A stretch of DNA of 64,000 nucleotides from Asterias rubens (taxonomy: Eukaryota): the NCBI RefSeq assembly GCF_902459465.1, contig NC_047062.1:22568001-22632000 (forward strand), written 5' to 3'. This document shows, piece after piece, positions 1-14,000 of the stretch (within the stretch, counting starts at the first letter, position 1; every line of letters begins with the position of its first letter). Below the pieces are notes generated by a model. It ran no database searches, was not told the DNA's origin, and saw only the letters and a list, made by a program, of their open reading frames with translations. Made by a program: the position numbers and the translations under genes.

Positions 1-970
1 AGCAGACAGAAAAGTTACCATTCTCTGCTAACTAAGTCAGCTTGAAACTTTGTTGTTGTAAAGTGTGGGATGCATTCACACATTGTCAGGTTTGGTCTAT
101 AATACAATTAGTGTAGTTTATATAATACTGGTTTTGCGTATTTTTTTAGCTCCTGGTAATCGGAGGTTTTTTTATGAAGAGTGGTCTCCAAAGAAATTGT
201 TTCGCAATTTCTGACGCATTTAATTCTCTTTGTCCTGTGTACATCTTCCTCCTTACACAATGTGATAAACCATACAGCAACTGCTAATTACATCAAAACC
301 AGCACATGACTTCAAATTGCCCACAAAATAATTGCTTTTGTTGCATCATTTATTTCCCTCTCACTCCACAGAATATTTCTGACACCCGAGATGCAACCAA
401 ACAATTAAACCTGCTAATTGCACAATCACTACCAGCCGCCATGCACCATAAGTCATTAATGCGACTTCAAGTTCCGAACCCTGAATCCGAAGCGGCCAAT
501 GCAAAGAGGTGAATATCCTAATCAAACACAGTTGCAATAGTTTCACGTTAAACAGAGTCTCTCAAGCCGGTGCATTCAATCAGCCAGAAAAGAGTCAGCC
601 GGTGATATCCCCGGCCCCCCGCTATCGGTCCCCGACCAAAAAGAAACTGCAATCTAAGCACGATCCTCTCAGGTGTTAAATTGTCTCCAGCGTTTTTTAT
701 TCCCAATCTCCTTTCCGAAAAAAACCCCAAAAAAACGTGTTCTCAAACAACTATTAAAAATTGACTCCACGCTTGAGGAGGCTCTCTGCGATACAAAGTG
801 GGCTTTGAGATGTCATCTTTAATTGCAGTTTATTGGGTGGACGGAAGAAACTTGGTTAGAGTTTGACTAGAAACCTGTGATGGATTATTGGCTAATACAG
901 ATCGTATGAACCTCGGTGTACTTTTTTCCAGCGGGCCGCCGACAGCCAATACTCTTTGATGTACTGACAA

Positions 971-1149
971 CAGGCCTGATACTTCACGGAGGCAATGAAG
1001 GCGATTGCCTCCATGCCCCCTGGTCATTGTCTTGGTGCCCTTGTAGACATGATCCAGTATAAAGTTACAATTTCCTCATAGGGTGCCCTTTACCAAGGAG
1101 AAGATGCCTCGGTGCCATTGCACTTTCAAAAACGAAGCATACAGGTCCA
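971..1149. mobile_element. Short CAGGCCTG-terminated non-autonomous element (family B, hAT-like ends)
   Basis: caggcctgatacttc...ggtcattgtcttggtgccctt...gaagcatacaggtcc; related copies or fragments at 25886-26037, ~33550-33760, 35832-35909, 36160-36221 and 38085-38570. Superfamily is inference. Confidence 0.7.
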
Positions 1150-1242
1150 CGACAAGCTCCGTTGGGTGGTTGGAGCATTGAAGTTTTGTTCATCGCATGA
1201 GCTATACAATTATAGAGGGCCTAGGAGTGCTGTTATAAAAAA

Positions 1243-1621
1243 AGGCAGTGGACACTATTGGTAATTACTCAAAATAACTATTAGCATAAAACCTTTCTTG
1301 GTGACAAGTAATGGGGAGAGGTTGGTGGTATAAAACATTGTGAGAAACGGCTCCCTCTGAAGTGCCATAGTTTTTGAGAAAGAAGTAATTAGCCACGAAT
1401 TTGATTTCGAGACTTCAAGTTTAGAACTTGAGGTCTCGAAATCAACCAATTAAAAGCACACAACTTCTTGTGACAAGGGTGTTTTCTTCTTTCATTATTA
1501 TCTCGCAACTTTGATGACCGATTGAGCTCAAATTTTCACAGGTTTGTTATTTTATGCATATGTTGAGATACACCAACTGTGAAGGCTAGTCTTTGACAAT
1601 TACCAATAGTGTCCAGTGCCT
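1243..1621. mobile_element. T2/Kolobok-like MITE family A (TIR AGGCA(C/G)TGGACAC, TTAA target)
   Basis: aggcagtggacactattggtaat ... attaccaatagtgtccagtgcct|ttaa; internal sequence shared with the other family A copies. Confidence 0.85.
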
Positions 1622-1835
1622 TTAAATAGTCTGAACATTGACAAACTTTTGTCAGTGTTTTGAACATGATCTCATACCATGCTTGAAAGGAATAACTTGT
1701 AAATAATGCATTGCCAGACAGCAATTTTGATGTTGTTTTAAATTCCACAGTTTCAGACATGAACTAATATTGATTCGCTTATGAGAAGTTGCATGCCTGA
1801 TTTCTCAGATTGCGTAGTGAGTTCAACAGAGGGCG

Positions 1836-2150
1836 AGGGTTTGGGTACTTTTTGTAAAAAACAAAACACAAACGTCCCCAGATGTACATTAAACTTGCAC
1901 AGTACAGATATTGATGGTAGAAAGCTTCCTTTAAAATATTACTTGCTGATGGTGCTGTAGTTTATGAGAAATGAGTATAAAAAAAATCACAAGAATAATT
2001 TTGGTCTCAGTGAAACAAAAATTATACCATGTAGCATGTTTATGATTTACGTGACACTCCCAAAAACCTTAACCTGTGATTTCACCTTTTTTTCCCCTAA
2101 AAAAACTTGACGACTAATGAAGCTGAAACTTCCACAAGTAATTCCTCTTT
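1836..2150. mobile_element. Partial copy of the 34242 MITE family
   Basis: agggtttgggtactttttgta ... ggtagaaagcttcc ... atgaagctgaaactt matches the reverse complement of 34340-34631. Confidence 0.7.
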
Positions 2151-3663
2151 TGAATCTTCTGGACTTTTTGCTTTCAACTGTGACGCCTTCTCTTTAAACT
2201 TTAAAACTTTAAGAATTAAATCGCACAAAATTCCTAGACTCTCTTTTGGTTCTTCTGGAATTTTTTCTTACAACTGTGACCCCTTCTCTTTAAACCCCTC
2301 TTTTCTGAATCATAACATAGACGAGTACAACAAAGAGTCAACCTCTCCAAAATCACAATGAAAATCGAGCAGCAAGAGACTGACCACAAAGACTGATGAC
2401 AGCTTCAATTGAGCAGCAAAGGTCTTCATTGCACTTTTCTTTGTCTCGCCAGAAAGAAAAAAAGGCAGAGCATAGCCACTTTTTTCTTTTGTCGGCGCGC
2501 ACAGAAGCGCCGTAAAACTCATTTAGTTTAGATGATGGCAAGGTTCGCTGGCAGAGGGGTTATTACCCGAGGGGGGTATGTGCTTTTGGAAACATAAATA
2601 AATGCAGGCACGCTTTTATGCAACCGGCCGCCACACCGTGCTTCAGAGGTAAATTGCATGATTTCTACCTGAGTGGGTTTTCATTTCCCTCGGTGAGCGC
2701 AAAAGGTTGCCGGTGGCTTACAAACCTTTTAACAATCTCAGAATTAGCGCGATCTGACTAATGGAATGAAAGCACAAGAACTGTTTTAAGCATCCGGCTC
2801 AAGTTAATCCCATAACCGGTGATTTTTTTGTCCATGCATCATTGCAGAATTACTATGCATCAAAAGTAGAGCCTCACAGGGTTTAATTTTATAAAGAGAA
2901 GCCAAAATATTGCTTGACAAATACCTTTGCTAAATAAAAATTGAGCCAGGCAGGCACCAGATTAGAACCTCACAGTGCCCAATTTTATAAAGTTGTTTAG
3001 GAGAAAATACTGCTTGACAAATTTTGTTTTGCTGCACAAAACTTTATGCAAAATATGATGAGGACAAACAAACCACAACTGCCACTATGGTAAACACGGC
3101 TCTGTCACATCAGTTATGTCTTCTATGCAATACTATCTGGAGGACGGTTTTGCATGTGCAATCGTGTCTGCCCGGACGCTGCTGCATAATGCAATTGTGT
3201 CTGAATTGTGTCCGCCCAGACACATTTGCATATGCAGTTGTGTTCACCTCCATGCAAAAATGTCCTTGCAGTAAATTAAACGGCCTTGGTCGCCATTTTT
3301 AACAAGCTAAGTGCATGTCATGAATGACATGGGAAATTTTCAGCCATTGGGTATTCGCTGTAATCATAAAATACTTGAATATTCATGCTGCATATTACGT
3401 AGGTTCAGTGCATGCACGCTCGCTTACGCGCGCACATACATGTACAGTCATGTACATGTCCGCCGGACGGTTTTTGCCTCGCCCCGGACATGATTTCATA
3501 TGCACAACTGCCACTGTGGTAAACACGGCCTCAACCAATGTTGGGAGTACTCCCTCATGAGAATGAGTTAGTTTCGATCCGCCCATACTAATTCTAGTAT
3601 AAACCCTCACTCATCGACTTTAATAAACCTTTCAGGTAAAGTGGAGTAGTACCATGTACAATG

Positions 3664-4106
3664 CAGTCCTACTACTTGCCGTCAACTCGCCGTCAACTCA
3701 TTTTCGTGCCGTCAACTCATTAAATTTATAAATCGGGCATGGAAGTGTTAAGTCTGGGCTTACCTACATATTTCTCATGGTTTTTGGTTAAAATTTCATT
3801 TACAAAAGCGACTGTGTGTTGTTAAAAAAATAGTTCCGATCATTGACATCTTGGGCCAAGACTAATCCATGTGAAAAAGTAAGATGGTGGCCGACGGTTT
3901 TGCTGCTTCGAGATAGTTTTTTCATGAGAAAAAATTTTTATTCCGAAGGCGAATTTTAAACTAAAACTTACGTGAATTCTCTTTTAGCTAATACTTTACA
4001 GTTCTATGCTTCTTTTGTGGATTTTAAGTGTATATTGGAGGAGTTGACGGCGAGTTGACGGCACAAGTGAGTAGACGGCGAGTTTACGGCAAGTAGTAGG
4101 ACCCTG
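3664..4106. mobile_element. MITE with TIR CAGGGTCCTACTACTTGCCG and subterminal GCCGTCAACTC repeats
   Basis: Left cagtcctactacttgccgtcaactcgccgtcaactc; right gagttgacggc x2 ... ggcaagtagtaggaccctg|ta. TA flank suggests Tc1/mariner-like. Confidence 0.75.
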
Positions 4107-4309
4107 TAGAATGTAATGCATTTGAACAATCCCAGAATAAATGATTCCATGATAAAGCATGTTAATGTCACATCGCCTAAAAAAAAAAGCACTACACTGT
4201 ACAACAAACGGACATTGACTACCCAAATGGTGCAACTGCAACATACATTATTGTAACGATGACGGTATGTGAAATGGGTCATATAGGCACATCAGTGAAA
4301 AGTTGGTGC

Positions 4310-4455
4310 AGCTTTCTAATGGCTGGTATAGTGATACAGTATCATAATAGGTTTATTAAAGAGACTGTCATCTATAGCACTGCCATCCGCCAAGAAAACA
4401 AATACAATTTAGCAGCAATCCTTAACTCAAGTTCACATGGGTCTATCAAGATTAT
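4310..4455 (+). repeat. Dispersed repeat, second copy at 55639-55785
   Basis: agctttctaatggctggtatagtgatacagt...aagagactgtcat...aatacaattta..agcaatcct..tcaagttcacatgggtctatc present at both loci. Confidence 0.8.
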
Positions 4456-6877
4456 ATCAACAAAAAATTAACAAGCTATTATCAAATTTTTCCTAAAAAA
4501 AAAGTATTATAATAACAACTCTAAGGAAAACGAGATAGGGCTGGGATTGTCTATAAAAAAAAGTACGCATGAAAACAATATTGAAAAAATAACACAACAT
4601 AAAAAAGAAGACTTTAAAAACGTACAAACATTTTTGTGCTACTGTGCATTCCCACTTGGGACTTTCATTCCGCGATGTTTGCATAGCATTTTACAGCGTA
4701 GTTGCGGTAGGTTTACAGCGGGGAGCTGTTCCCAAAGCATTTTTAGCGCCCTGTTAAGTTACCATCCTCTTAGGTTCTGTTTTCTTTCAGATCACAGTTG
4801 CGGTAAGTTGGCGGTAGTTTACCATGCGTCCCCATAGGATTTTTAAAAAATTCATTCTACAGAAAAAGTCTTGGTACTTCAAAAACATGAGTCCAATGGG
4901 AATCAGGCTTTTTCTAAACTGAGGTACTTACGCAGCAGGGATCACTGACCGCTCAGCTAGACACCTGACATGCCAAAATTACTTAGATCCAATTAACTGA
5001 GCCCCAAGATGATGTGACCTTAATCAGACAGGTTGTTAGATCTGGCATCCCCAATTATTTGTTTGCTCACACAAAAAGTATTCGAAGACAAAATGAACTC
5101 TTCTTATCGGAGGTGGAACTCCTATAATGACACAGGATTAATTAGTTCAGAAGTAGAGTGGAATGATCGGGGAGGGCAGGGGGAGTGTAATTGGGGTGGA
5201 TGAATTTTGCTCTTGGTGAGAAAATTAGCGGTGTGATTGAATGAATCAGTTCAGGATGGCCATTGAGTCTGGAGGCGTGGGTTCATTGGTCGCTTAAGAG
5301 TGACATTATGAAACTGTCTTTCTACCTCTGTTGAAAAAAAAAAACTGCAGATGTGGTAGCGTGATGTTTGCCCCGGTCATAGAGGTAGATGCCCTGCTCA
5401 ACTGTGAGGGCTTAAATTGTGAAGGTAATCAGGGCGAAACTGATTGGCGTTGCCACCTCCCATTTCAATCTAATTTGAAACTGAACAGAAGCTGAAGGGG
5501 GGAAAAGTCTAGCCTTTCTTGTAATAAAGAGAATCCAAAGAACTAATTCCTATTATAAAATAGATATATTGCAACTGCTATCTTTGATGTAAAACAATGG
5601 AAAAGTGCTTGAGTGTTCGCCCTATCTCACAACTCTCAGCCAATGATACATGTAATTCTTCAAGCGTGCACAATTCATCAAAGATGGAGGCCAATGACGT
5701 TAATTGCAATCCATATGTAGCAATTACACATTTATAATTGCTTTTCATGAATAACCCAGACAGTTATATCCATTCTAATTGGTCAAGTGCAGATCACTTG
5801 ACCATGTTTAAAAGTGTATAAGTATAGACATGGTACTAAGTATTAAAACATACATCGCATGTTGCTCAGTCAATACACGGTACTCTGTGCACTCCAATAA
5901 ACTAGTTTACGCGTGGTTCCGGCTTGCTAGTTCAGTTTGAAAAGCTTGCCTGTTACATTTGAAATATGGACCAGTGAAAAAGGTGGTGGACTAGTGAAAT
6001 GCTAAGCAAACTGAGGTTGAGGGCAAATCCTGATGAGATTATAATCAAGCCAATGTTCAAGCCGATCAAGCTCACCTAGCCCGACACTAGTTTGTTCATT
6101 ATTTAAGAAGTTATACATGTACATCGACGTAATTGAAACAATTTACTTGCTGTGAATCAATGGAAGCACCATTTATGATGGCTAGGACATGTTAAGATTG
6201 ATCTTAACAGCATAATTGATTGTACTTGCTAAGTAAAAATGTGATGTCACAATACAAATCACTATGGTAATACTGACAAATTGTCCTTCGATTAATTGAT
6301 TTGCTTTGTGAAATCCAGCCCTGGAGGACACCTAAGAAAGTGGTTAACCAGTTTGCGAGTGTTTATGGTGCGCCAGAAAAGGTTTTGTTTCCCCATCAAT
6401 CAACTAGTTGCAGGGTGTCCTTTTCTTTTTGTTCCATGACAATGTAACAATACCACTGGATCGACACCGCCATAGATTGTTCTGACTAATTAACAAAACT
6501 AATCTAGAGTGACCTTGATCAAGATAATTGCAAAATTGTGTCATCTAAACTCTCCCGGGGATTTTGATTGCAAAAATTGTATTTCTGCGAAAAGAGATTT
6601 TTGACGCACTGTTGAATTTTCGCCAACAATGAGAAACGCCCCAATAACCTTGGATTATCACCACCTGGGGCACTCACTGTAATAGTAAAGACAATAGATT
6701 CACGCATGGATACACTTCTGATGAATAAACTTTCTGATTGATCATGAAGCGCTCTGTTTCCATAACGAGCTTGTACATCTTGCAATCCTTTCCCTGTGAA
6801 TGCACTCACAGACGTCAACACTTAATTACGCAATTTACCTCTACAACACTGGTGACCACACCTGGCTTCCAATCTAA

Positions 6878-7255
6878 AGGCACTGGACACCTTTGGTAAT
6901 TATTGTCAAAGACCAGTATTCTCACTTCGGGCACCTAACAAATGCATAAAATAATAAACCTTTGAAAATTTGGACTCAATTGGACATCGAGGTTGCAAGA
7001 GAATAATGAAAGAATAGAAAAAAACACCCTTGTTGCACACATTTTTGTGCTTTAAGATGCCCTATAAAAGGCTTGAGGCCTAAAGACATTTGATGTTTTA
7101 GTGAGAAATTACCTCTTTCTCAAAAACCACGTTACTTCAGAGCGAGTTGTTTCTCACCATGTTTTATACTATCAACAGCTCTACAATGCTAGTTACTAAG
7201 AACGTTTTTATGCTAACAAAAATTTTGAGTAATTACCAAACAGTGTCCAGTGTCT
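6878..7255. mobile_element. MITE family A copy (opposite orientation)
   Basis: aggcactggacacctttggtaat ... attaccaaacagtgtccagtgtct. Confidence 0.85.
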
Positions 7256-9457
7256 CTAAAACGAAATGAAGATAACCAGACACCTCACCTGCATGCTGTG
7301 GTGTATGCAAATGTATAATCTGCCTACAGTCACACACAGGCAGACATTGCATTAGTAAATATTTGATTGGGAAAAAAGAGAGAAAGGAATTAGGTGATCA
7401 TCTCAAAAATTACATGCCTCAAGAAAGACCATCTGTTTTCATCACAATTCCAAATGTCCAAACCCAGTACTGACTAGTACATGTAGCTTTCATAGTACAA
7501 ATGAAGGGAGGGGTGTGGGTGACTATTTCCCCTGCAAGCCTCAGTTTGGCCACATCCATTTGAATGAAGGGGAATCCAAATTCTATGCGATAATTAAGGT
7601 CTTTTCAGAGACTCAAACTACAAATATCTACAGAATAGTTACATTGTATCCCCATTGCATACACAACCTGAATTATTAACCCCCAGAAGTTACTACCCCT
7701 TTGTTGAAAATATAAATGTGGATGCTGTCCTGATGCATTTGGTTTCCCCACTGTTTCCTATCCAACCCCACCCTCCCTCCCTCCCTCCCCCAAGACATTA
7801 TCAAAATACTGCTATCTCATCGGGCAATTTGAGAACCAAATCAGAGACATTAATGACCTGCCACGCTATAAAGCTGCCTTTGGCTTTTTTAGGGGGAGGA
7901 AATAAGAAAGGGGAACTTTTACGTCATTAACTTTGTTCATTGCCGTTCGGGGTTTGTATTTCCGACTGATTTTGTTTCCTTCTACAGAGAGAGGCTTTCT
8001 ATAGGGGTGAGGGGAATTGGGTCAGTCGTGGTCAGAGACACGAGAGTAAAAGTTAAACAACTGTTATCTGGTGGAACACCAATTAGGCACGTTGGTTTGT
8101 GGAACTGCGAAACTATAATCTGTTAACCAAAAAGAGACAGCCTTTTACCTATATTGATTTAGTGGCTGAACAGCCGATATTATGTATTCATTGGATTCAT
8201 TATACATTTGTTTATGTTTTGGTCAGGTGTTACATAGATTCAAGGAGAAAACTGGCCCATAAGATTAATCTGAGGGGTTCTCTCCTCCTTGGCTAGCTGC
8301 CTATAAACACACAGTTGATTTAGGAGCAGTGGTTCGCGCAATAGCAGCATCATGGGCAAAACGAGCCACTAACAGCAACACTAGAGCACATTTTCAATTT
8401 CCTTAAAGGTTGGAATTCATTCACATATGGACTCGTAGGATGCCAAAACTCACATGAAGTGAACACAAGGAAAATCAGGTTGGGGTGATAGTAACGTGGA
8501 TAAGGCAAGAATTGTCCGAAATGTTTTGGCCATGAAAAGTATTAACAAAAAAACATAAAAAAGAAGGCTGAAACAAAATTTGGACTGTGTACACAGGATG
8601 AACATTCATTACTTGCACAGTGGGGCAGAGAAGAAAGAAGAAAAAAAAAGAAAAGAAAAAAAATGGATTTTGGATGCAGGGGACCAACTAGATATGGTCC
8701 AGATAATAGTTAGTGTCAGGGTATTCCTAAAAAGAATGGGATGTGCTGTTATTTGGCAACATAAAGCAAAAGTGAACATAAGGAGTATAGCATCAGGCAA
8801 AGCCTACAGGCATCATGCACCATGAATACTAACATCAAATTTGGCAATGGATGCCCTATGCAAAACTAATACTACATTTGGATTTGTCGATGCAAACACT
8901 ATCTAGCCTGGGACGCTCTGTCACTTGGCAATGTGAAATATAAACACATAAAAAAGTGGAACTGAGGAGTGTAGCTGGAGGAAACTCTATCAGCAACATA
9001 CTCCAATAACATTAACTTTGTATTTGCGAGTGCATACGCTGACTTGGGATGTTCTGTTACTTGGCAATGTGAAATAAAAAGTTTAACCTGATGAGCGTAA
9101 CTTGAGGCAACGCCATTGGCAATATGCACAACTAACATTAACTTTGTGTTTGCTGACATACCCCCCCCCCCCCACTTAAAGTTTAAGTTCATTGGTTGAT
9201 TTGATGTCTGCAGGAGCACCTATGAGCCACTGACGAATGTGCCATGCATGATGCTGATTGGCTTAAGTCATCCAGTGTGAAACGGAAACACAATCAGTAG
9301 AAGCAAATGGGTTGAGGTGACCTCTTCAGCCTGGCATCTTGAGCCACAAACTGTAACTGCCTATGTATGAAAGTATGTTCTTCTTTGTGAGGTGGGAAAA
9401 TTCCAGGTTATAAACTTTGAACATGAGCATTGTCTGAAGAGTGGAGTGAGCCATTAA

Positions 9458-9789
9458 AGGCACTGGACACTATTGGTAATTACTCAAAATAGTTGCATTA
9501 AAGCATAAAAACTTACTCAGTAGCGAGTAATGGAGAGCTGTGAACAGTATAAAACATTGTGAGAAACAAAAAAACTTTGTTTTTGAGAAAGCGATAATTT
9601 CTCATTCAAATGTTAAAAGACTTCAGGCCTGAAACCTTTTTATATGAATCTGAAAGCACACAAATTTGTGCAACAAGGGTGTTTTCTCTGTCATTATTCT
9701 CTTGTAACTTTGATGACCAGTTCAGCCCAAATTTTCACAGATTTGTGAGATTACTGGTCCTTGACAATTACAAAAGGTGTCCCGTGCCT
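9458..9789. mobile_element. MITE family A copy
   Basis: ttaa|aggcactggacac ... gtgtcccgtgcct|ttaa, TTAA on both sides. Confidence 0.85.
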
Positions 9790-11773
9790 TTAACCTTAAC
9801 TTCACATGTGTGGTGCAGCACAGTGCGAAATGTCTGAGAGTGTTGCGCTACTACATTCATGTGCTACTAAGACACACACACGCAGTGTGAATATAAAGGG
9901 GTAATGGCTGAGGCAGTACTGTATTTTCTGGACTTTTATTTCCTCTCTTCGGGCTCAATGTTGGTTGGGGAGGCATGCCCAATCATGCCCACTTGTTATA
10001 CACAGCCGAGGCAAGTGGTGTTTCAGCTCCAGGATTGCTCCGGGCTGAAATGTCAACTACATCCGCTGTGCACTCTTAGTAAAGATTGAGCGAACATCAG
10101 GTCGCTGTCCGATTTCTCTCCAAGCTAAGAGCGGAATTATGAGCTGATGTTTAAGTTATGCAACCAGACATGCCTGTCCAAGAGTGCACAGGATGAAGGT
10201 TAAACAAAGTGTGAACAAAAAACGTGGCTTTGAATGCAATGGGGATTGTTAACAAATCTGTGTATGGCTGTATGATGATGGCAAACTCATATTACAAAAA
10301 TACATCACTCATTGAAATATTGTCACCAAGTGTTGTTATAACAACTGAAAATCAAGGTTTTTCACTAGAGAACGAGTGCTCTGTGTAGCGAGACCAAGTG
10401 CATCTTTTTTTTTGATAATTGTTTTGAAAATATTTATACTTCATTAGAGTCATAAGAGCTATGCAAAAACATGCAATAATTTCAGTGCTTTCGTTTTTCT
10501 GTTTTTACACAGGAAAACAGCAACTTTTTTTACTGAAATATCATTAAATGGTTAAATCTTTTATTAACAAAGCTACACGCCATCGCAGCAAAAAGCTGAA
10601 TTTTGTGATGAAATTGTAAAGAAAAGGCCTATTGTATGCAGCATTGAAAACTAAATAAATTAATCACTTTAAAGATTAATGCAGGAAACATCCCCACAAT
10701 GCAAGTTGTTGAAAATATGAATATTGCAGCACTTCAAAGATTTCCCTGTCCAGCCAGACAATAACTGTTAAATTTGCATTCATTGCTCTACTGAATTTGT
10801 ATTAATTTTTTTATTTTTTATTAATACAATTACTTTGTTTTCTTTATATTTTTTATTTAACTACCTTTTGTTTTTGAGGGGAATATTTCTTTGCTATGCA
10901 AACTAAGAATGTGTGCAAATTGGCAGTTGTCGCTGCGGTAAGGCTATTACTAAGGGCAGTCTATGGCTCTTTTTAAGACACGGGCTGCGGCTTTGGATTT
11001 GGCTTCAGGCTCCATCCTCTTGTCTGAAGCCCTGAGCGCGTATGCAAAGCACCATGGGGCCAAGCTAGCCTGAGCCGACTCCAAAGCTGAAACCATGGTT
11101 TCGAAAAGGGCCTAGATGTGTCAATGCATTGACAGGAAGAGTAAGCTGTAGCCATAGCTGTAGCCATATCTGTAGCAGCCAATTCAGAAAAGCCTTATGT
11201 GTAGGCACACACAAGTTTCACATGGCATTTTGCAATTTGTATTTTTACTTTTTGTTTATGGCTGTAAGCCCAAACTTTCTTTGATTAGAAATGAAATGTG
11301 TTCTGGAAAAGGTCGATGAATCTTGGAGATTTTTGTAAACGCTTTTATTTGGTCATTGTCTGGGGAACTGAAAAGCTAACTACACATGCAGTATTTGCTT
11401 TCATTAACTGTTGGAATTATATTTCCCTTGAGTCATATCCTCTAAGCTTAACTTCTAATTTGTTTGATATTCATCTAATTTATGCGTCCCAAATGGTAAA
11501 CCGTTTCGAGAGCTATCTTATCGATATGAGTTAATATGGAAATACAATTTACATTGAAATGAATTGGTCTGGGAAAACTCTACAATTGTCAGCCCCCCCC
11601 CTGAACATATAACAACCAAAACAGACACTTGACACTAGATCTTAAGCCTTTAATAATTTAATGGCTGACAGGCTTCTAAAGATGTGTAAATGAGGAAGAT
11701 GGTTCAACGACCCATGAGTCAAGTCAAATATCATGTACAATGTATTATCCTGTTGAAGAATCCCATGAGTTAA

Positions 11774-12006
11774 AGGAAGTGGACACTATTGGTAATTATT
11801 CAGAATAACTATTAGCATAAAACCTTACTTGGTAACTAAATAGGGAGAGGTAGATAGTTTAAAACATTGTGAGAAACGGCTCCCTCTGAAGTGATGTAGT
11901 TTTCGAGAAAGAAGTAATTTTCCACAACATTTAGAATTTGAGGTCTCGAAATCAAGCATCTGAAAGCACACAAATTCGTTTTACAATTACCAATAGTGTC
12001 CAGTGT
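11774..12006. mobile_element. MITE family A copy, internally deleted
   Basis: ttaa|aggaagtggacactattggtaat ... ttaccaatagtgtccagtgtc; about 230 bp. Confidence 0.8.
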
Positions 12007-12915
12007 CATAAGCCTTTTTGAGATATGGAGGACACAATGCTACAACAATATAAGGTTTGGGTAAATTTGTGTGTTTGCACCCAAACCAAACAGTACACTC
12101 CTATCTTGGCTATTGGATTTTGAAAGTGTGAACTTTAACTTCTATCTTTTTTAGACTTCAAAAAAGCACTCTCTGCCCCTTACACGGACGTCACTTGTGG
12201 CTACAGCCTGTATATGGAATGGCCGTAAGATTTACTTATTTGGTGACTGTATGTAATGAAAATGCATACCTATTTGATATGGCTCACAAAAGAACTACAT
12301 GTAAAGAATATTGCCACTACCATTATGCTATTTTCACATTTCCTAGTTTAGGCCTATGACAGCACTCAGAAACACCAATCTTCAATGAACAAAATAAACA
12401 AAAAACACTGTTGAGGCTCTGGTTTGTGGAATAGAGAAGAGCAGACAAGACTAAATTGTGTCAAACACAAACAAACCATGACCCATCATTCACGACCCCA
12501 TCTCACAAATCCCCATCTGATTCCATACAAACAGTGTCATTCACCTTGTTCCATCCATAATAACAAATAATGAAAAAAAAACAAAAAAAACTTCAGAGGC
12601 CAGCAATAAACCCGGGAGGCCCAATCTGTGTAAATATCCATATAAATATTACTAGGAGACACCTTTTCAACAAAAGAGCATCAGCTCTACTTCCTTGAAT
12701 TTGACCTTGGCGTAAATCAGTTTTCGTGCTTAAACAGGATAGACAAGAGTACAATTGCTCTCCAGTTTCTACATCAACTCCTATCCATTACAGTCTCTGG
12801 GGTGTACTTCCTCACCAGTTGCTTTTTAGTGCTGCCTATTATTATAGCATCATCAAGGATAACCTTTTCCTCTTTCTTATCTTTGACACTTCCTTCCCAT
12901 CTCCATTACTGTTAA

Positions 12916-13262
12916 AGGCACTGGACACCTTTGGTAATTGTCACTTGGTTAACAGGCATCCTACAGAAACAAACCTGTGAAATTTTCGACTCAATCGGTC
13001 ATTGAAGTTGCAAGAGAAAAATGAATGAAAACATACCCTTGCTGCACAGGGGTGACCTTTTAGATGCCTGAAGAGGGTTTCAGGCTAGAAGTCTTTTAGT
13101 ATTTGAGTGACAAATTACCTCCTTCTCACAAACTACATTATTTCAGAGGGAGCCATTTCTCACAGTGTTGCATACTATCAACAGCCCCCTCCATTGCTCG
13201 TAACCAAGTAAGTTTTTATGCTAACAATAATTTTAAGCAAATACCAATAGTGTCCAGTACCT
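12916..13262. mobile_element. MITE family A copy
   Basis: ttaa|aggcactggacac ... gtgtccagtacct|ttaa. Confidence 0.85.
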
Positions 13263-13658
13263 TTAATACTGATAATGGTTGGCCGACTGACCTTGCCTCA
13301 AATTGGTGTCAAAACTTCCTTGATGGGTTTACACTGATTGCCATTTTTTAATAATGGTGTCTTGAATTTTACGGGAGGGAAAAATGGCGATTAGATGCAT
13401 GGGCAGTCATACCTGACATTGATTTGTTTATTTATGTATATATTCCAATCAGAAGTGCATTGCTCATTAAAGGTGATGAGGTAGAACGGGTGACTATATG
13501 AAGAAAGTTATCAGATAGGAAAACTTATAGAAAGTTCTCTTTGTGTATATAGAATAGTTCTTGTTTCTTGTGCCAGGAGTGTTATCATTGACAGACATGA
13601 CACACTAGAAATGTTCAATTTCATTATTTTTAAAACACTTAGGGGAGTAGGCAGGCAA

Positions 13659-14000
13659 GTAAACCCTCAGGTACATGTAAGTGAATAAGCACTTTAGGTA
13701 GAAAAGAACCCTTAGTTAGGTAAACCCCCTGGTAGGTTAAACCCTCAGCTAGGTACACCCTTAGACAGTTAGGTAAACCATTAGGTAGGTATCTGGTAAC
13801 CTCTCAGTGGGATGGTAAACCTTTAAGCAGCTATGTTCTTAGATAGGTAGGTAAACCCTCTGGTAGGAAGGTAAACCATTAGGTATGTACATAAAGCCTG
13901 TGGGTAAAAAAAAAACCTTTAGGAAAACCCTCAGGTAACTTAACTCTTTTAGGTTAAAGAAAAAACTTAACTCTTTTAGGTTAAAGAAAAACTACCTAAT
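13659..14000. repeat. Degenerate minisatellite (AGGTAAACCC core, ~20-bp period)
   Basis: About 12 variants of ggtaaaccc; ends with an exact duplication of aacttaactcttttaggttaaagaaaaa. Confidence 0.8.

Noticed and set aside
1255-1449. Recurrent short ORFs such as SEVSKSNSW / LRSRNQIRGK (also 21235, 32239, 32270, 32280, 52900, 55208)
   Set aside because: Translations of MITE family A interiors, not genes.
2310-2522. DFG-containing ORF (..FHCDFGEV..) as the next kinase exon
   Set aside because: No VK/IK-x-x before DFG, no activation segment or APE after it, and no clear splice sites.
9088-9120. Hammerhead at ctgatga-gcgt...acgc
   Set aside because: Stem follows CUGAUGA but no GAAA core; likewise ctgatga..gaaac at ~34345-34372 (minus) lacks a paired stem II.
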